Assembly (NCBI GenBank): GCA_963575745.1
Contig: CAUYUJ010000185.1
Span: 62,001-117,092 of the forward strand
Direction: 5' to 3'
Origin: Prorocentrum cordatum
Lineage: Eukaryota
Length of the DNA stretch: 55,092 bases
Numbering within the stretch: the stretch's first letter is position 1; every line of letters starts with the position of its first letter. Below, in pieces: positions 52,680-55,092 of the stretch. Made by a program: the position numbers and the translations under genes. The notes below the pieces were generated by a model. That model searched no databases, had not been told where the DNA came from, and was given only the letters and a program-made list of their open reading frames with translations.

Positions 52680-53459
52680 TCTCCTCCTCCTCCTCCTCCT
52701 CCTCCTCCTCCTCCTCCTCCTCCTCCTCCCTCCTCCTCCCTCCTCCTCCCTCCTCCTCCCCTCCTCCTCCTCCTCCTCCCTCCTCCTCCTCCTTCCTCCT
52801 CCTCCTCCTCCTCCTCCCCTCCTTCCTCCCTCCGCCGCCTCCTCCTCCGCCTCCGCCTCCGCCCTCGCCTCCGCCTCCCTCTCTCCTCCTCCTCCTCCCG
52901 TCCTCCGTGCCTCCTCCTCCTCCTCCTCCTCCTCCCCTCCACCTCCTCTTCCCCCCGTTCCTCCTCCCCTCCTCCTCCTCCTCCTCCTCCTCCTCCTCCT
53001 CCTCCTCCTCCTCACTCCGCCTCCGCCTCCCCCTCCACCTCCTCTCCTCACTCCTCCTCTCCTCCTCCTCCTCCTCCTCCTCCTCCTGCCTCCCTCCTCC
53101 TCCTCCTCCTCCTCCTCCTCCTCTCCGCCTCCTCCTCCTCCGCCTCCTCCTCCTCCTCCTCCTCCTCCTCCTCCCCTCCTCCTCCTCCTCCTCCTCCTCC
53201 TCCTCCTCCTCCTCCTCCTCCTCCTCCTCCTCCTCCTCCTCCTCCTCCTCCTCTGGTCCGCGCCGCCTCCGCCCGAAACCGCCGCGACTCTGGCCAGCAT
53301 CGACCCGCGTCGCCGCGCCACGACCAGCGCCACGACCAGCAGCAGGCTCAGCTCGTAGAGCGAGATGATGCTGAGGAGGACGACGTCCCCCGCCTCGGCG
53401 AGACGGCGAGGAGGACGGGCGGGCGGGCGGACGGACGGACGGACGGACAAACGGACGGA

Positions 53460-53501
<42 letters not shown>

Positions 53502-53621
53502 AACGACGACGGCGGTGGCGGCAGCGGCGGAGGCGGAGGCGGAGGCGGCGGCGGCGAAAGCGACGGCGAGGACGGCGACGACGACGAACGAACGAACGAA
53601 CGAACGAACGACGACGACGAT

Positions 53622-53676
<55 letters not shown>

Positions 53677-53900
53677 ACGGCTGCGGCGGCGGCGGTGGTG
53701 ACGACGGGTGGCACCTGGTCCCCATCGGTTGCTTGTCCACGAGAGGACTGAGAGGAGGTGGCCTCAGGAGGAGATGAGGGAGATGAGGAAAAGAGAGGAG
53801 GAGGGAGAGCAGGAGGAGGAGGAGGAGGAGGAGGAGGAGAGGCGGGAGAGGAGGTGGCCCAAGGAGGAGATGAGGGAGACGAGGAGAGGAGGAGAGGAGG
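52680..53900. repeat. (CCT)n, (GAC)n and (GGA)n low-complexity block
   Basis: Direct reading. Confidence 0.95.
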
Positions 53901-55092
53901 AGAGGAGGAGGAGGGAGAGGAGGTGAAGAAGGAGGGCCGCCCCGAGCTGCTTGCCGCCGGCGCCGACGTCGGCCGGCTCCCGGGAGGCAGTGACGTGTGC
54001 GCGGCTCGGCCACACGGCGCTCCGTCGCCGGGTCGCGGCGGGCGAGGGTGCGCCGCGGCGCTCGCGAGGGCCGCACCTAAAACGGCCCCCGCTCCCCGCA
54101 CAGGGAGAGCGATTGAAGAGAGGAGGGCTCGGTGGCGGGACCGCCATGCTGCGGAGCGCGACGCAAAGAGCCATCGCCATCGTGAGATGCCTCGGCCGCG
54201 AGCCCGGTCCGACGCCAGGATCGCAAACCGGAGACAGACAGACAGACGGGAACCGTGCCTAGACGGCACATCGGTTGCAGATCGAGTGTATGTACAATCG
54301 CACTCCAGCTCCAGATGGGATTATGTATAAATCTGCTCGGTCATGCCCGACCCCGCCAAGAGGCCCACAAGGTGGACGACCCGGAAGAGCAGCAAGCCGG
54401 AGGCCGAGCCCAACCTGCTCCTGCCCCCCCAAAAAAGACAACCCAGCAGAGCACCCTTGATGGCAGCAGAGGTGACGAGGCGCGTCGAGGAGGAGGTCGG
54501 CGAGTTCAAACGTGCTTGCCTATGTATTCCGAAGGATTCCGAGGAAACGCACGAAGGGCGGTAGGGTGTGGTTCACTTCTGGGGAAACCAGAAGGTACCG
54601 ATACCGCTACTCCACGGACCTCTCCCAAGATGCGTTCTGACCAGAACCTCGAGGCGAATCCAGCGGCGGCGACGAGGGCCTCCCAGGAGGCCCAAGCGGG
54701 GGAAAACTGGGGTAGGGTAGCGGTATGGGCACCCTTTCCTCCTCTGAACTTTTGCGTCAGAAGCGAACGCGGGAATGGACTTCTGGCAACACGAAGAGCC
54801 AGAAGTGCGGCAGGGTGTGCTCTGATGTTTGAGAACCGCACGCGGGAGCGGAGCCATGGCAACATGAAGAGCAGGAATAACACTGAGAGCACGGCCATGT
54901 GCACCTCAGTTTATGTTGCTCCCATCGCACTTCAGGACCACACCCAACAAATAATGTCGAGCACCCAGAAAAAGTATCGAAACATGGTCGAACGAGTATC
55001 GCCTCCCAGGTCCCGACACGTGAAAACCCTCAAAGTTCGATACTTGCCTGGTGCTCGAAATTCTTCCTGGCGATCAAGGCTAGAAGAGCTTG

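Overview
This is eukaryotic, GC-rich DNA dense in simple repeats. It has tiny exons, kb-scale introns and GT/GC/GA splice donors with AG|G acceptors, which suggests a dinoflagellate such as Prorocentrum (inference). (1) Positions ~1-9.1 kb hold a gene-dense, transposon-like cassette on the + strand. It contains a three-exon CACTA/Mirage/Plavaka-type DDE transposase (690-4088). A spliced C5-cytosine DNA methyltransferase (~4161/4377-5217) follows immediately and may be splice-fused to the transposase. Two uncharacterised ORFs come next, and arrays of the palindrome CATCGATG punctuate the cassette. This is the main finding. (2) Positions ~19.1-46.9 kb hold the C-terminal lobe of a CAMK/CDPK-like Ser/Thr kinase on the - strand, read as seven micro-exons of 30-70 bp (DFG, APE, DIW, YPF, subdomain XI). 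(3) The kinase introns contain a decayed, 5'-truncated LINE with an RNase H domain, a multi-copy MITE family with target-site duplications (TSDs), other hairpin/foldback elements, minisatellites and long (CCT)n/(CAT)n/(ACT)n/(TGTA)n tracts. Most long ORFs in the supplied track are repeat artefacts. All protein family calls come from reading motifs by eye, not from database searches.
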